Shown: positions 1 through 11,709 of the stretch, piece by piece | Layout: the number at the start of each line of letters is the position of its first letter | Position numbering within the stretch: the stretch's first letter is position 1 | NCBI GenBank assembly: GCA_010093705.1 | Contig: MU006094.1 | Location: forward strand, 296,020-337,898 | From: Patellaria atrata CBS 101060 | Taxonomy: Eukaryota | Reading direction: 5' to 3' | Length of the DNA stretch: 41,879 nucleotides | Position numbers and translations under genes: made by a program | Notes under the pieces: generated by a model | What the model was told of the DNA's origin: nothing | Databases searched by the model: none | Seen by the model: the letters and a program-made list of their open reading frames with translations, nothing else

Positions 1-462
1 CGTTTTAGGAGAGGGGAGTCTGGAGCAAGTCGGAGGAAAGTCTTGTAGCAGGCGAGCGTCGCATGGGAAGCTTGGGCTGCAATTTTACCTATATATCATC
101 CAAAATTAGAACATCTTCTATATCCCCAGTTGACCAAATCATGAACAGTGATTCCCGAGAGACCTACCCTTCGTCATCCCCAAATCCGTTCTGACAACCA
201 GCACCAATTTACACTCCTCACTATTGCCCGGAAATTCCCTGAGTTCCTCCCGCTCGTCGAATATCTGATCAAGCTCCGCCTCGCTATCGCTTTCCTCGTC
301 CTCGCTTTTTGACTTCTTCGCTTTTTGTATTGGTACTCTGCCTCCACTAAACACGCCCAATGCTGTAGCTTGGCCCAGGAAGAACGAGCTGACTCCGACG
401 ATGAGACATGTTGCGAAGAGAATCGCTAGGTTGGAGGGTGGTGGACGGTCGCTGGAAGACAT
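1..462 (-). CDS. PTH2: Peptidyl-tRNA hydrolase 2 (PTH2 family), 3' part runs off the window
   Basis: ATG at 462 (MSSSDRPPP). N-terminal TM anchor, then CKLVLVVRTDLGMTKG, intron 89..167 (GTAGGT...TAG), then KIAAQASHATLACYK, the PTH2 signature. Confidence 0.92.
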
Positions 463-1025
463 TTGAGGGACTCGGGGTATTGGATGCGGATAGCTGATCT
501 CTGGAAGTGTATATCTGAAGTTTCTCATCTGTACCACTAATGTCGAATTCTCAATCGAAGTTCCGCGTTTTGTGGAGCTGGATGTGTGTCTTAAGGCGAG
601 AGACCTGCCATGGGAAAATAGTTCTACTTTTATCTCTAGTGTCCGCTACAGTACCACCTCTCCACTACTACATCATATATCATTTAGGATCTTGCTAACA
701 TTGCGCATGATTTTAAGTTGACTTCCACATCATAGTAGTTTACACACGGATGTTACCTAGGAATAGAATCACGCGACAACCAGCATAGTATCAAAATAAT
801 ACCATGGATATAGGACGCTACTACAAAAGTAAATTCTAAAAGTTGCACTGGGCATTTCGTTTATACATTGAACGTATCTTGAAAAGTTATTAGAATTTCT
901 ATTTCAGGAATCTTTCCCTCATTATAGTATTTTTATATCTCCCTACGCTCACCCCTTCTACATATGGTTCCTATCTCCCGTTGACGGCTAGAAGACCCCA
1001 ACCCTATCAAGAATTACGCTGTTTC

Positions 1026-2811
1026 CTACTCCAGCTTTCCATTCCCATCCCACGGCCATAATTTCCTAGCTCGTTCCTCTGTGGCCTCCTCGTTGCCATA
1101 TCTCAGTTCTTCCCGATTGGATCTCATCCATTGTTCAAATGCGGCTTTATGCGCCTCCTCCGCCGCTTCAAACGCTTCGGCGGGACGCCAACCATCTCCG
1201 TTCGAGCCTAACGAGTCTTGCAGCCACAACTTCAATCTCTGATGAACCTCGAAGTCCTCATATTCCTTCTTATGCTTTACTAATTCTTCCTCTGATGGTT
1301 GGTAAGCGCATTCACCGGGTAATCCAAGCCCCTTCCATCGCCGCGTGAGCTCTAACAACTCCTGCCGTATGGCGGCGGCGCCCATCGACCATGTATTCGG
1401 CACGAAACGCAAAAGCCTGAAATAATTTTCGTCGCTGATCTTAGCTGAAAAGAGTGCCGGACTCCAGGCACGAAGGCCGACCGCGAAGGTCTTTTGGCAG
1501 ATTTCAAGATCCTTTTCTTGTTTGGCTTTCGATTCTGCGTTTTCCATCTCTTCGAACATGTTCGGAATGAAACCTGCCCTTTGAGCATCACGTACAGAGG
1601 AGTCAATCATATCTGGCTCTTCTTTGGCATAACTGAAGACAGGCTCGATGCTAGTAGATTGCCAGTCTATGATTGCAGTGATTTGGGATGGATCCTCTTC
1701 AGATACAAAAATATTCCGGGCGTGGAGGTCGGGATGATAAAGTGTTGGAATAGAGGAATTGATTACTTGAGGAGCTTTTGATAGCTGATTGGTGAGGATG
1801 CTTCGGCATATTTCTAGAAGTCGTAGGTGCTCACTGACAGATCCATGATAAGGGAGTTCATCAGCGCCAGCATGTGGGTTATCAGGCACCTGGGCGACGC
1901 CAGCATCGACGAGTGCTGAGGTGTATTCCTCGATATTTGACCCTATTTACTGCTAAGGTTCCTTTCAAAGTGATTGAAGTCTAACTTACAAGGACCTTGA
2001 TTGGGGGATTTCCTGTTGTATGACCACGGTGATAACGGATCACAGTCCCAAAAGCGTATTCCGATATGTGGACCAATACAGAAATCCTCCCCCAAACCGA
2101 CTTTCTGCGTGAACGCTAGTGAATTGTTTGCAAAATAGATGCTTCCATACGCAGAAAACTCCAATTGAGTCATCTGCTGGATTACCTTTGCGAGGGCTTT
2201 GATACACAGCATATGCTGATGCGTATTCATCCTTGGCCAGATTGTATGAAGTTGGGTGCCTTGTGCATGCTCCATGATGATGTATTCACTCCCAATCCTG
2301 CTCTTGTCATTGCTCCAGTCTAGAATCCTTGGGATTGGAATTGTTGTCTTTGCTCTGACTTTCAATGAATTAGATTAGTCGTTCTCTCAAGCTAAGGACT
2401 CACTCACAGTACTCCATGGTTGCAACCTCGGAACTGGTCGTGTATCGGGCAGGCCCAGCAATACTAAATGGTATTCGCGCCACAAGTCGCTCGCCATTGT
2501 CGAGAGAAAAGACAAAAACGCGGTTAAATCCACCTTCCTTTTTGTCGCAACGAACGATTCTTTGAGCTTGAGGACTCAGTTCAATTATCCGCTCGCAAAG
2601 AGCGTTGAAATTGAACTGTACATGTCGTGCTTGGCATTGAACAAGATCATGGTGTAGCCAGTGTCCGTCGGTGTACTCATAAGGACGTATCACTAAGGGT
2701 TATTAGGAATTAGTTCGAAAGGCTTGATAGCGACATACCTTCTTCTGAAAGTGGAGGTAAGAGTGTGGAGGTGAGGTTTGAGATCTGAGGTACCTGTACC
2801 CTTGAAAACAT
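1026..2811 (-). CDS. Aminoglycoside phosphotransferase/kinase-like protein (AIM9-like), multi-exon; start uncertain
   Basis: Exons join through introns at about 2695..2738, 2359..2407 and 1943..1989. Motifs EGGFNRVF, ARIP, SEVATMEY, IPIPRILDW, EYIIME, LYHPDLHARNIFV and IIDWQST are typical of fungal APH-family proteins. Confidence 0.85.
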
Positions 2812-4365
2812 TCGCAGTTTTGATCTGCACCTATAACCCAGCAGTCCTTTATACATGTTCTATTAAGGTTCGAATATAAGGAAATAAAAAGTTTCTTGTC
2901 ATGGTCTTGGGACCTGAGATTTGCCGCCAACTCACTAGATACGTGCCTGTGGCTTGCAACTACAGTATAAAACCTCAAGTCACTTCCACCCTGACCCTTA
3001 CCTTCTAAAATCCCATATAGGAGTGGAAGTAAAGCATGAGCACTGTAACGACGGCAGTGGTCATGATCACAAGGCCGCAGTATCGAAATATATCTACGCT
3101 GCAAATACATGCCACGGAATATACCCACGCCGCAAATACATGCCAGTCAAGGCATGTGTGCAAGCGCCCGTAAAAGCACCAACAGAGAGCATGAACGAAT
3201 TGGCTGGGCATGACCTGTTTGCTTTGCATGAGTTTGCATAGGTTAATGAACGTATGAAGAGTCTTGCGGGAGCGTCTCATTGTTCCATTACCTCGCCCCC
3301 AAAGAAACTCCTTTTCAGCTATCAGTTGGCGGGACTCCCTTCTCGACTCAAGGTTTCAAAATTCTTCCCATCGCATACTAAAAACCCTGTCTCTCTCCAA
3401 CTAACTGTCCAGTCTGAAAGCAATATACATCTTGATCACTCAGGTCATACCGTACAGACATCGCGAGAGCTCAAAGGGTCTACGGATCATTTCTTTCTAC
3501 TGTTTGTACGTGTAGATCAGAAGGACTTACTAGCGCTTTCCTTGGTCTACTTCCGTCAAAATAATGCTTGGGGGAAGTAAAAGGTGGAATTTATCAAGTA
3601 GACCGCTGTTTAAATGTTCGAGCTCCAAGATCTGAGGAACCTGGGGTATGTGCTGGAGGTACTACTGCATGTACTTTGCCGATGCCCCCTTTTGATAGTC
3701 CCGCCGTAAATGTTTGGAGAATGTACCAGATTCTGAGTGTTCATGAAGTATAGATCGCAGTACACCCATTTGCCTATAACTTAGTAAGAAATTCATCAAA
3801 TATAACGGCCTTTGAGAAGACTATTTTCAAACATCCTTCCAAATTGGCTTTATCAGTATCTAATTTTGGCTATACGTAGTAGTAGACTTAGCCCTGAATG
3901 CAGAAAAGATAAGTGTACCATAAAATAGGTCCAATATATTGCAAAAGCTCCAGTAATTTTTGACTAGGAGTTCGTATTTCACGTGTATGTGCAATAAGCG
4001 GGAATGGAAATAGATAGAATAAATGTAGCATATACTGTAATGAAAGTATAGTGTAATCAAACTTTTGCAGAGAATTACCAAAGAGACGTAGGTAATAGAC
4101 TGATTCCTTTTCAAAGAAAGTCAACTATCCTGAAAAAGGGGCAAAGCACATATCGAAATCGTGAGTTTTGGAGAAAAACACAACATGGCATTGAGCTCAC
4201 GTACAGATTTAGAGAAAATAACCAGATCGGTAAAGAGTCAGTGTAGACAGCAGCGAAAAAGCTACAGTATCTGGCCTTTATAGTGAACTATCTAAGAAGC
4301 ACAGGACTAGCCTGCAACAAAAACTGCAGAAGACGCAGCAAAACACAAAAGGTAAAGCAAAACCA

Positions 4366-4620
4366 GAGCTTTCCAGAGGTAAGCTCAAACAACAAACAAA
4401 CAGGCGAACAACCCATGAAGCCATCCAAAGGCTGCTTCAGAGGAAGACGCACAAGAGCTATCCAACGGTAAGCTCCACCAAAAAACGCAAAAACCAAAAC
4501 CAAAACAAGACGAGAGCTATCCAAAGGCAAGCTCGAAACACAAACAAGCGAACGACCAAAGGAGCCATCCAATGGTAAGCTCCAGAGGAAGACGCACAAG
4601 AACTATCTAGAGGCAAGCTC
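4366..4620. repeat. Six 21-bp imperfect-palindrome units (consensus GAGCTATCCAAAGGTAAGCTC) with A/C-rich spacers, arranged as two copies of a 3-unit block
   Basis: Units start at 4366, 4418, 4455, 4514, 4562 and 4600. The spacers after units 1/4, 2/5 and 3/6 resemble each other. Confidence 0.85.
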
Positions 4621-4647
4621 CACCAAAAACACCAAAACACCAAAACA

Positions 4648-6024
4648 TCAGGAAGCGAGCAAACGAGAAGGTAAAACAAAAGCCAATAAACCGACGAAAA
4701 CGAGCGCCGACACCACCACACAGCAACCACCACCTACTCCTTCCTCTTCCACAAGCCTTCCATCCTCGGACCCGGCTCGTTCCTGACGCGGCGCATTCTC
4801 TCCGCGCCAACCACCGCCGCTAGCGTGCGTGCCTCCGCCTCGTGCTGAGGCAGCGTCACCGCGAGCGTGGTCAGGCCGCGAGGCCGGACGCACGCTTGGG
4901 ATCAGCTGAGCAACGAGGGGGAGGGCGAGGGGCAAGGACGCCAGCGACGACGGCACGACGGGAGGAGGAGGCACCGGCACGAGCTGCGCGACTACCGGAG
5001 AGACGACCGGGGCCAGGGGACGGACGGCGCGCACCAGCACCAGCGCCAGCAGCGACAGATACACCAGCTGTGCCCGAAGGCAGATGAGCAGCGGGGGCGC
5101 GAGCCGGCGGGGCAGCGGCGGAACGGACGGCCGGGCGAGCAGCGGGACGGACCGGCGCAGGAGCCGTGGACGAGGAGGGGCGAGGGGAAGGGGCATCTCA
5201 TCGTAGTCCACAGCCGGAGCTGTGGTGACAGATGCGGAGGACATGGTGGCTACAAGGGCAGCCGGGCGAGACGGCGCAGGTGGGTTGCGGGCGGGGGCCG
5301 GGACACGAGCCACGGCACCCGAGACAGAAGACGTGCCAGGCCTGCTGGCAGCCGGAACACGAGCCGGGGCGCGGGTAGCGCGGAGGGCGACAGGGAACCA
5401 TCTGGCGCGGAAACCAGGCGACGCTGGCTCAGGCATGCCATTGCCCGTCGCAACGGTGGGGCAGATGGCAGAGGCCTGGGCCTAGGCCTTTGCCGGGACT
5501 GGTGACCGGCAGGAGCCAGCCAAGACAAGTAGCAGAGCAACTGTAGTCTGTGCGACCGGCGAGTTGAGGACGTGCAATGAGACCAGGGTCTCTGGTTTCC
5601 TCGTCCAAAGGCGGAGGAAGACCAGGACCCCGACCTCAAGCTCGCAGCGAGGGAGGGCGCGGAAGCTCTGCCATTTATGCGTGGCATGCATGAGGACGGT
5701 TGGGTCGGCCGCCTCGAGAAACGGGAAAAGTTCCTGTGACTATACGAATATTAGTCTGATGGTTCATAGCTGATAGGGGGTACAGGTGTAGAGATAGAGG
5801 TTTATGAAAAGGGGAAATGTGGCTAGTAGAGGGGCATGGTGTACAAGATAGGTGAAGGGAAAAAGGGGTTGACGTACTAGGGGAACTTTTGCCACGTTGG
5901 CAAGGAGAAAAGAGGAGAGGTCGACGAGGACCACGAAGCTGGCGCGCTCGATCTCGTCGAACCTCTCCAAGAGGACGGAGAGGACGATATCCGCAATTGG
6001 GGAGGCGGTCTGGAGAGACGACAT
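4648..6024 (-). pseudogene. Decayed GC-rich gene encoding an Ala/Pro/Arg-rich hypothetical protein
   Basis: ATG at 6024 and intron 5740..5877 (GTACGT...CTAAT...TAG) join three track ORFs in one frame. In-frame TAG at 5482-5484 lies in GCC TAG GCC CAG GCC. Probable frameshift near 5195. Confidence 0.5.
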
Positions 6025-6923
6025 CTTCAATGTGTACTAGGTACACAAAAACGAGGCAAGAGGTATATTTTCGAAAAGAATTTGGGAAGCTGTGGTGTGA
6101 GATTTGCTTGCAAATTTCTTCGTTGAGGAAAAAGGAAAAAAGAAAGATGGAGCAGTCTGACGGTTCAGTGGAGTTATAGCCCGGCCTATACGCTCGGACC
6201 TGCAAAGATCTGGTGACAATAGACAGTATGAACAATAGAAGATATTCGTATTGCTATTGGTGGTGGTATTAGTTCAGGGGGCTGGGAGTGCTGTACATGA
6301 CCACAAAGCAGGGGTTCCATGTGGTTAAACAATAGGAACGGCAATGACTTTACCAGCCACTTCCTCAATAGAACACTTTTTTGCAAAGGAGTGGCAGGAA
6401 AGGGGCAATGCAATTATTTAGGACTAACTCCAATAGAGCATTTTTCAAGAAGGACATGGGCGATAGTGACGTACCAGGACGGCCAAAGGGAAAACTGGGG
6501 AAGCTTGAGATAGCCATCAGTAGGAGTTGTATATCCATGTAGGGTGTCCCTCAGTTTGTACCGATCAGACGAAAATATTGAACTGAACCAATGTATAAGG
6601 AAATGAAAGATTGGAGACGGATTGGGGGGTGATATGGTATAGATGTACCGTCAAAGGGGGATCTGTACAGTTCAGCCGAGGAATCTGTATGATACATCCG
6701 TACAATGAAGCGGGATATGGTAGTCATGGTGAGCGACTGGCGTATAAACTACCCCAAAAGGAAGACCTGAATAGTTCAGACTAGAAGCCAATATGAAAAA
6801 AGCATATAACTCTATGGAAAACACGATAGTCACCGGTAAGTAAATGCGCACACAGATAAAACCAGTGAGATACCAGTATATTCCAGACGAGAAATCAATA
6901 CGTATTGCCCGTAAATTTGCATC

Positions 6924-7880
6924 CTATGTTACGATATTCTGCGGGTTCCCCTCGACAAAGGCCTCGATATTCCGGATGAGCTGCTCAGTATGGACTTGCA
7001 GCGACTGTACACTGCTCCACGCCACATGGGACGTGACAATAAGATTCGGGATCCTCAGATCCAGCAACGGATTCCCATTCTTCGGCGGTTCCTCCCTCAA
7101 CACATCAACGCCAGCGCCAGCGATATCCCCATCCCGCAGAGCCTTCGCCAAAGCGTCCTCATCCACGATTCCGCCGCGCGCACAGTTAATGAGTAAAGCA
7201 TCCTTGCGCATCAAAGCCAGTTCCGCTTCACCAATCGAACCACGCGTCTCCTCATTCAACGGCGCCAGAAGAACGAGAACCTGAACCGCTCCTAACACAT
7301 ACCTCCACGCCGTGCGTCCCTCCCTCACGCTCTCCACCCCCTTCCTCTCCGCCACCAGCACCTCCATCCCGAACGCCTTCGCAATAGCTTCCACCCTCTT
7401 CGCCAACCCACCGTACCCGATAATTCCCATAACACTGCCATTCAGCGCGATCGGCAGCTCGCCAATTAATAACCCGTACCCCGGCGCTTTCTGCCATTGC
7501 CCCGCGTAAATGGCGTCTCGGTAGGCGTTCAGGTTCCGGCGAAGCGCAAGGATGAGCGCGAAGACGTGTTCGGGGACGGAGACGGACCAGTCGCGCACAT
7601 TACACACCGCGACACCATACTCCCTACAAGCGTCGACGTCGACGTTATCGTAGCCCGTTGCGGCGACGGCTATGAGGCCGATGGAGGGGATCTGGGAAAG
7701 CAAGTCCCGGGTGATGGGGACACGGTTTGTGATGACGATTTCGGCTCCAGAGACGCGTTGGAAGATATCAGAGGGTTCCGTGTGAGGGTACTCATTCCAT
7801 TCATGGTCGAATCTGGGGGAGCGGAGGGGAGACTTTATGGCGGCGCGGTCGAGGAAGACGATGCGTTTGGGTGTCGACAT
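6924..7880 (-). CDS. D-isomer-specific 2-hydroxyacid dehydrogenase (glycerate dehydrogenase/hydroxypyruvate reductase-like), intronless
   Basis: 318-aa ORF with ATGYDNVD, Rossmann GIIGYGGLA, LINCARGGIVDE, GAGVDVLREEP and TSHVAW (catalytic Arg/Glu/His). Confidence 0.95.
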   Translation of the reverse strand: MSTPKRIVFLDRAAIKSPLRSPRFDHEWNEYPHTEPSDIFQRVSGAEIVITNRVPITRDLLSQIPSIGLIAVAATGYDNVDVDACREYGVAVCNVRDWSVSVPEHVFALILALRRNLNAYRDAIYAGQWQKAPGYGLLIGELPIALNGSVMGIIGYGGLAKRVEAIAKAFGMEVLVAERKGVESVREGRTAWRYVLGAVQVLVLLAPLNEETRGSIGEAELALMRKDALLINCARGGIVDEDALAKALRDGDIAGAGVDVLREEPPKNGNPLLDLRIPNLIVTSHVAWSSVQSLQVHTEQLIRNIEAFVEGNPQNIVT

Positions 7881-8305
7881 GGTTTACCTTCGAGACGTTC
7901 TGTATATTTGGAGTCGAAGAATTCAGAGGGTTGTTGATGTGGACTACTAATACAAGCCATTTTTTGAGATCAGGACTGGATTTATATACGTTATGCACGC
8001 TCAGCATATGATGGGACTCGATACCAGACGTCAAAATAAAGGCGTGATGGAGTGAAACAAGGATCCAATCATATCATCCCATGGCATCACTAACCAAAAT
8101 AAGGCACCTGGTATGCCATCTTTGTTTACTCATCATCTAGGCCCTGATAAACTGCATTACAAACCTAATGCTCTGCTATAATGGGAATCCAATACAATCA
8201 TGGGGATATCATGTTCAAGTATACAAATAATGCCATACTCCATCGCTCAATGCACCATATCCCAACCATTGAATCCTATGCAATACCGGTATCCAAGATC
8301 CGCGA

Positions 8306-11137
8306 CTATTCCTTATCCCCCATGCCCTTCATGAAGACCCTCTTTGTCCCCCCAACCTTTCCAAGGTCACCAAAACCACCAGATTTCGCGGCTCCATTCG
8401 TAGAAATGTCAACCTTCTTCGCTTGGTCCAACATACTTTCAATCCAATCAACTTTCTCCTTCGAGAGATCTATCTTCTTGACAGTAGGACCAGCAAGTCC
8501 AACCTCGTCCCCTTTCCAAGAATGGTGTGACGCTGCTGAATGAGGCAATTCAGATGTGCCGCTAGGAGTATTATACACATTAGTTAGACTTCCCGCTCGT
8601 TGTCTCCCAGGAGCCACCGTAGACGTCGGTGTACCAATCGCACCCTGTGATCCCGCCTTTCCTGTTCCCGCCCCATGGGAAGTCCCGGGTCGAGCGCCGA
8701 GAGCACTATCAGGTCTAGTAGAAAGCGCACTTCCCGGTCGGCTCACCGGCCCGGCAGTCTTTGGCGTAATAGCATCCTGAAGGCCTAGGACCTCGAACCT
8801 TCCTTCTGAGACTGTCCTACGTCCATGATGCTCCGCATATTGACGAAGGTATTCCGCTAGATCGGCCCATCCACCACCGACACGGACCATGACTCTCTCA
8901 CCGTTCTCACCTACTCGGCGGATGAATAGTTTGATGGGCTTGTCTTTCCCAGGCTGGGTGAGATGATAGAGCTTGATGTCTGAGTCGCCACCTCTTGTAC
9001 GACGCGCACTTGATGTCTCCGATTTTGCTGGAGAAAGGGTGATCGCATTGTGAGCAGGGCGTGGAGTCCTCAAGTACGGTGTTTTTCCGAGAATTGGGTA
9101 CTTTTGGCCCTTCGGGCCTGGCGTCTCGGCGCGAGGCTCAGATGTGAGATGAATGGGAGCAGGAATGCTGGTAAGAATATCGCTAATTTGGCGTTCCAGG
9201 TCTTTTCCAGTGTGAACATCATTCTGGTTCTTCCCAGGGGACGGAGGGTGGAGGAAATTAGGGACGTTCGGATGATCATTCACAGTTGATTCTGAGAAGT
9301 GTCTGGGTGATAATGTCTGTTTGAAGTCTCTCCCTCGTCGCTTCGGCATTGCCGAATTTAGTGGCGGTTTTGGTGCCCTTGCAAATCGGTGATTGGTGCT
9401 CTCACGAAGGGATGGCGATTCAGGTATATCGTCGGGGCTAGCCGGCTCTGACATATCTGGGGGTGAAGGAGATGTATCGAACGATTCTGGAATTGGTGGG
9501 GTATGCAAGGGAGACTCTATCCCTAAAATAGGTCTGAAGTCCTCGTCTCTGGGTGTTGAGGGCTCTGATTGTCGGACTCCAGTTGTCAAATCAGGCGTCT
9601 TTATCGCAATTGGCGTAACAAGAGATTTGGAAACATCCACCTCGGTCATTTCGTCAACGACATGATTACCTTGACCTAGAATGGGCGGCGGAGAGTTACT
9701 GGGTTGTTTCTCCCCCTCATCGGACAGCTCAGGTTCTTCTTCAACCGTTATTATCTTCGGCGACGAGGAGGTTTCGACTCCATCGACAGGGTAAGTCAAA
9801 GGTACGTTTCTTGTTGTATTATCCACATATTGGTCTCTTCTGTCTGAATTCACCATTAACATTTCAGCCCTCTCCCCCTCCATCACATCTGATCCCTTAT
9901 CCGCTGAATCCCAGCTTGTAACTGAGGAATCGTCCTTGATTATGGGTCCTGTAAAGAAAGACGCATCTGGAAGATCCTCTGAGACGTTCAAGGGTGCAGG
10001 CTGACGAGGAGAGACTTTCTTTATAATTGTTCCCTGCTCGGATTCCTGTCCATATACTTCAGATACCGCATCTGGTTCTAGTGGTTTCAGATTTACTGCG
10101 GGATCATCCTTGGGTTGGTTTGATAGACGCTTAACTCGCATCTCCGCTTCTAATAGTCGCCTATGAGCTTCAACAGTCCACCTGCTATACTCTGACTCCA
10201 AAGCCTCGAACTCATCGATCCAGCGATCCGGTAGGGTATCATCACGGCCCTCAAGAGCATCCAACATCTGATCAAGTTGTTGTCCTAGCGCGGATATTCT
10301 AGTTTGAAGTAGGAGTTTGACAGTATTTGTAGCTTCCTTCCATTTGAAAAGCACAACGTCTGGTTCAACATCCAGATCTGATGGTTCTTTGAGCACATCC
10401 CAGGCTAACTCCGTTGCTGTTTGCCCTTCCTTCAGGCGTTGGAGATATTCCGGAGCTTGATATATGATCTCTATCCTTACCGTCCAAGTTTCTAAATTTT
10501 GTTGTAATTGGGAAAGATTAGGGAGAGCCTGTAGTAAGGTCCGCGTGATAAGGAAAGAATAGTCATCCAGAAGGTTGAGGTTTGTAGGTTTCATACCAGA
10601 GCTTGACGGTGGTCGGGATCGGTTGGGTCCATGCAAACTCCGTATGTGTTCCTTTAGCTCTTCAAGATTCAACTCTTCCAAGCTGGAGCTAATATACTGA
10701 ATGCGCTGCTCGTATTGTATAATTCTTGAGGAAATGATCGATCCATTGCTGTCAAACCGATCTCTGGTTATATCGAAAATGCTACCCTCCGTATCTTCTT
10801 TTGCGGGTTCAAAGTTTCCACTCCAACCCCATTCCTCTATCTCTTGACGCCATGCCCTAAGTTTCTGTGCAGCACGAGCGACTCTTTCCCCCAAAGCCTT
10901 CTCCGCGGCTGAAGCATCTTTAATACTCTGATCTAGCTCCGTAAGTTTACCGCCATTCGATGAAGGTATTATCCCGTCTGTGAAAGCGCGCAAAGCTGCT
11001 GTAGGCGATAACTCCCGAATTACCTGCTCATCCTGCGATTGATGTCGATTATGACGCGTGGGTGATCTCGTTGGCGACGTGGCTCGGCCGTCGTAGGTAG
11101 GTAGAGGAAACCTGGTAGCGAAGGTTGATTCTACCAT
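8306..11137 (-). CDS. GAS2/GAR (microtubule-binding) domain protein with N-terminal helical region
   Basis: 943-aa ORF. KLFIRRVGENGERVMVRVGGGWADLAEYL is the GAR-domain signature. Long disordered S/P-rich linker. Confidence 0.88.
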   Translation of the reverse strand: MVESTFATRFPLPTYDGRATSPTRSPTRHNRHQSQDEQVIRELSPTAALRAFTDGIIPSSNGGKLTELDQSIKDASAAEKALGERVARAAQKLRAWRQEIEEWGWSGNFEPAKEDTEGSIFDITRDRFDSNGSIISSRIIQYEQRIQYISSSLEELNLEELKEHIRSLHGPNRSRPPSSSGMKPTNLNLLDDYSFLITRTLLQALPNLSQLQQNLETWTVRIEIIYQAPEYLQRLKEGQTATELAWDVLKEPSDLDVEPDVVLFKWKEATNTVKLLLQTRISALGQQLDQMLDALEGRDDTLPDRWIDEFEALESEYSRWTVEAHRRLLEAEMRVKRLSNQPKDDPAVNLKPLEPDAVSEVYGQESEQGTIIKKVSPRQPAPLNVSEDLPDASFFTGPIIKDDSSVTSWDSADKGSDVMEGERAEMLMVNSDRRDQYVDNTTRNVPLTYPVDGVETSSSPKIITVEEEPELSDEGEKQPSNSPPPILGQGNHVVDEMTEVDVSKSLVTPIAIKTPDLTTGVRQSEPSTPRDEDFRPILGIESPLHTPPIPESFDTSPSPPDMSEPASPDDIPESPSLRESTNHRFARAPKPPLNSAMPKRRGRDFKQTLSPRHFSESTVNDHPNVPNFLHPPSPGKNQNDVHTGKDLERQISDILTSIPAPIHLTSEPRAETPGPKGQKYPILGKTPYLRTPRPAHNAITLSPAKSETSSARRTRGGDSDIKLYHLTQPGKDKPIKLFIRRVGENGERVMVRVGGGWADLAEYLRQYAEHHGRRTVSEGRFEVLGLQDAITPKTAGPVSRPGSALSTRPDSALGARPGTSHGAGTGKAGSQGAIGTPTSTVAPGRQRAGSLTNVYNTPSGTSELPHSAASHHSWKGDEVGLAGPTVKKIDLSKEKVDWIESMLDQAKKVDISTNGAAKSGGFGDLGKVGGTKRVFMKGMGDKE

Positions 11138-11709
11138 GGCCGCTTGTATGGAGAGAGAAACGCCTTTGGAAATATGTACATAAAGGAAGAAGAAAAGCAG
11201 ATACCCAAAAATATAGGGTTGATGACGCCCGAGCTTGGCTTGAGAGCTCCTTCACAAATTCATAATTTCTGTTGGTTGGGTTTTGGGGTGCGGTCTTGTG
11301 AGATCAGTCCCGCACGGGAAAATCATATGCAAGTCACTTTTAAACTGTGAGTTACCCACTCCTTTGGTTTATACACTTAATCCTTTCAATATTTCGTTGA
11401 GACACTTGATATACTGACTCCACATTACAGAATTGAGGCCGATCAAGCAAAGTTTTGTTTTCCATAGTAAGTTCTAATTGAATAATATACCTCGTACTGT
11501 GGAGTACCAAAATCTCAAGGTTCAACTGCAGGACTACCGTACTTCATCGTATATTAAAGAGAGAGGTACAGACATACGTGCGCAGTGGTTATGGGCTTAT
11601 TATACCTCATACCGAGTGACATCAAGTAAGGGTTATCAGAACTTGTCGATGTGCATCAACAGTCATCGCCTTTGCACCAGACAAGATACGAAAGTCTCTT
11701 CTCTTATTC

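Noticed and set aside
2703..3280. Overlapping ORFs upstream of the APH-like gene
   Set aside because: No motifs. Only the short stretch near 2740-2811 fits the spliced gene model.
4366..4620. CRISPR-like array (palindromic repeats with spacers)
   Set aside because: Eukaryotic context with no cas genes. Spacers are low-complexity, unequal in length and duplicated (1/4, 2/5, 3/6).
4842..5505. Plus-strand Arg/Gly-rich ORFs
   Set aside because: Shadow ORFs of GC-rich DNA. Splice signals and frame continuity support the minus strand.
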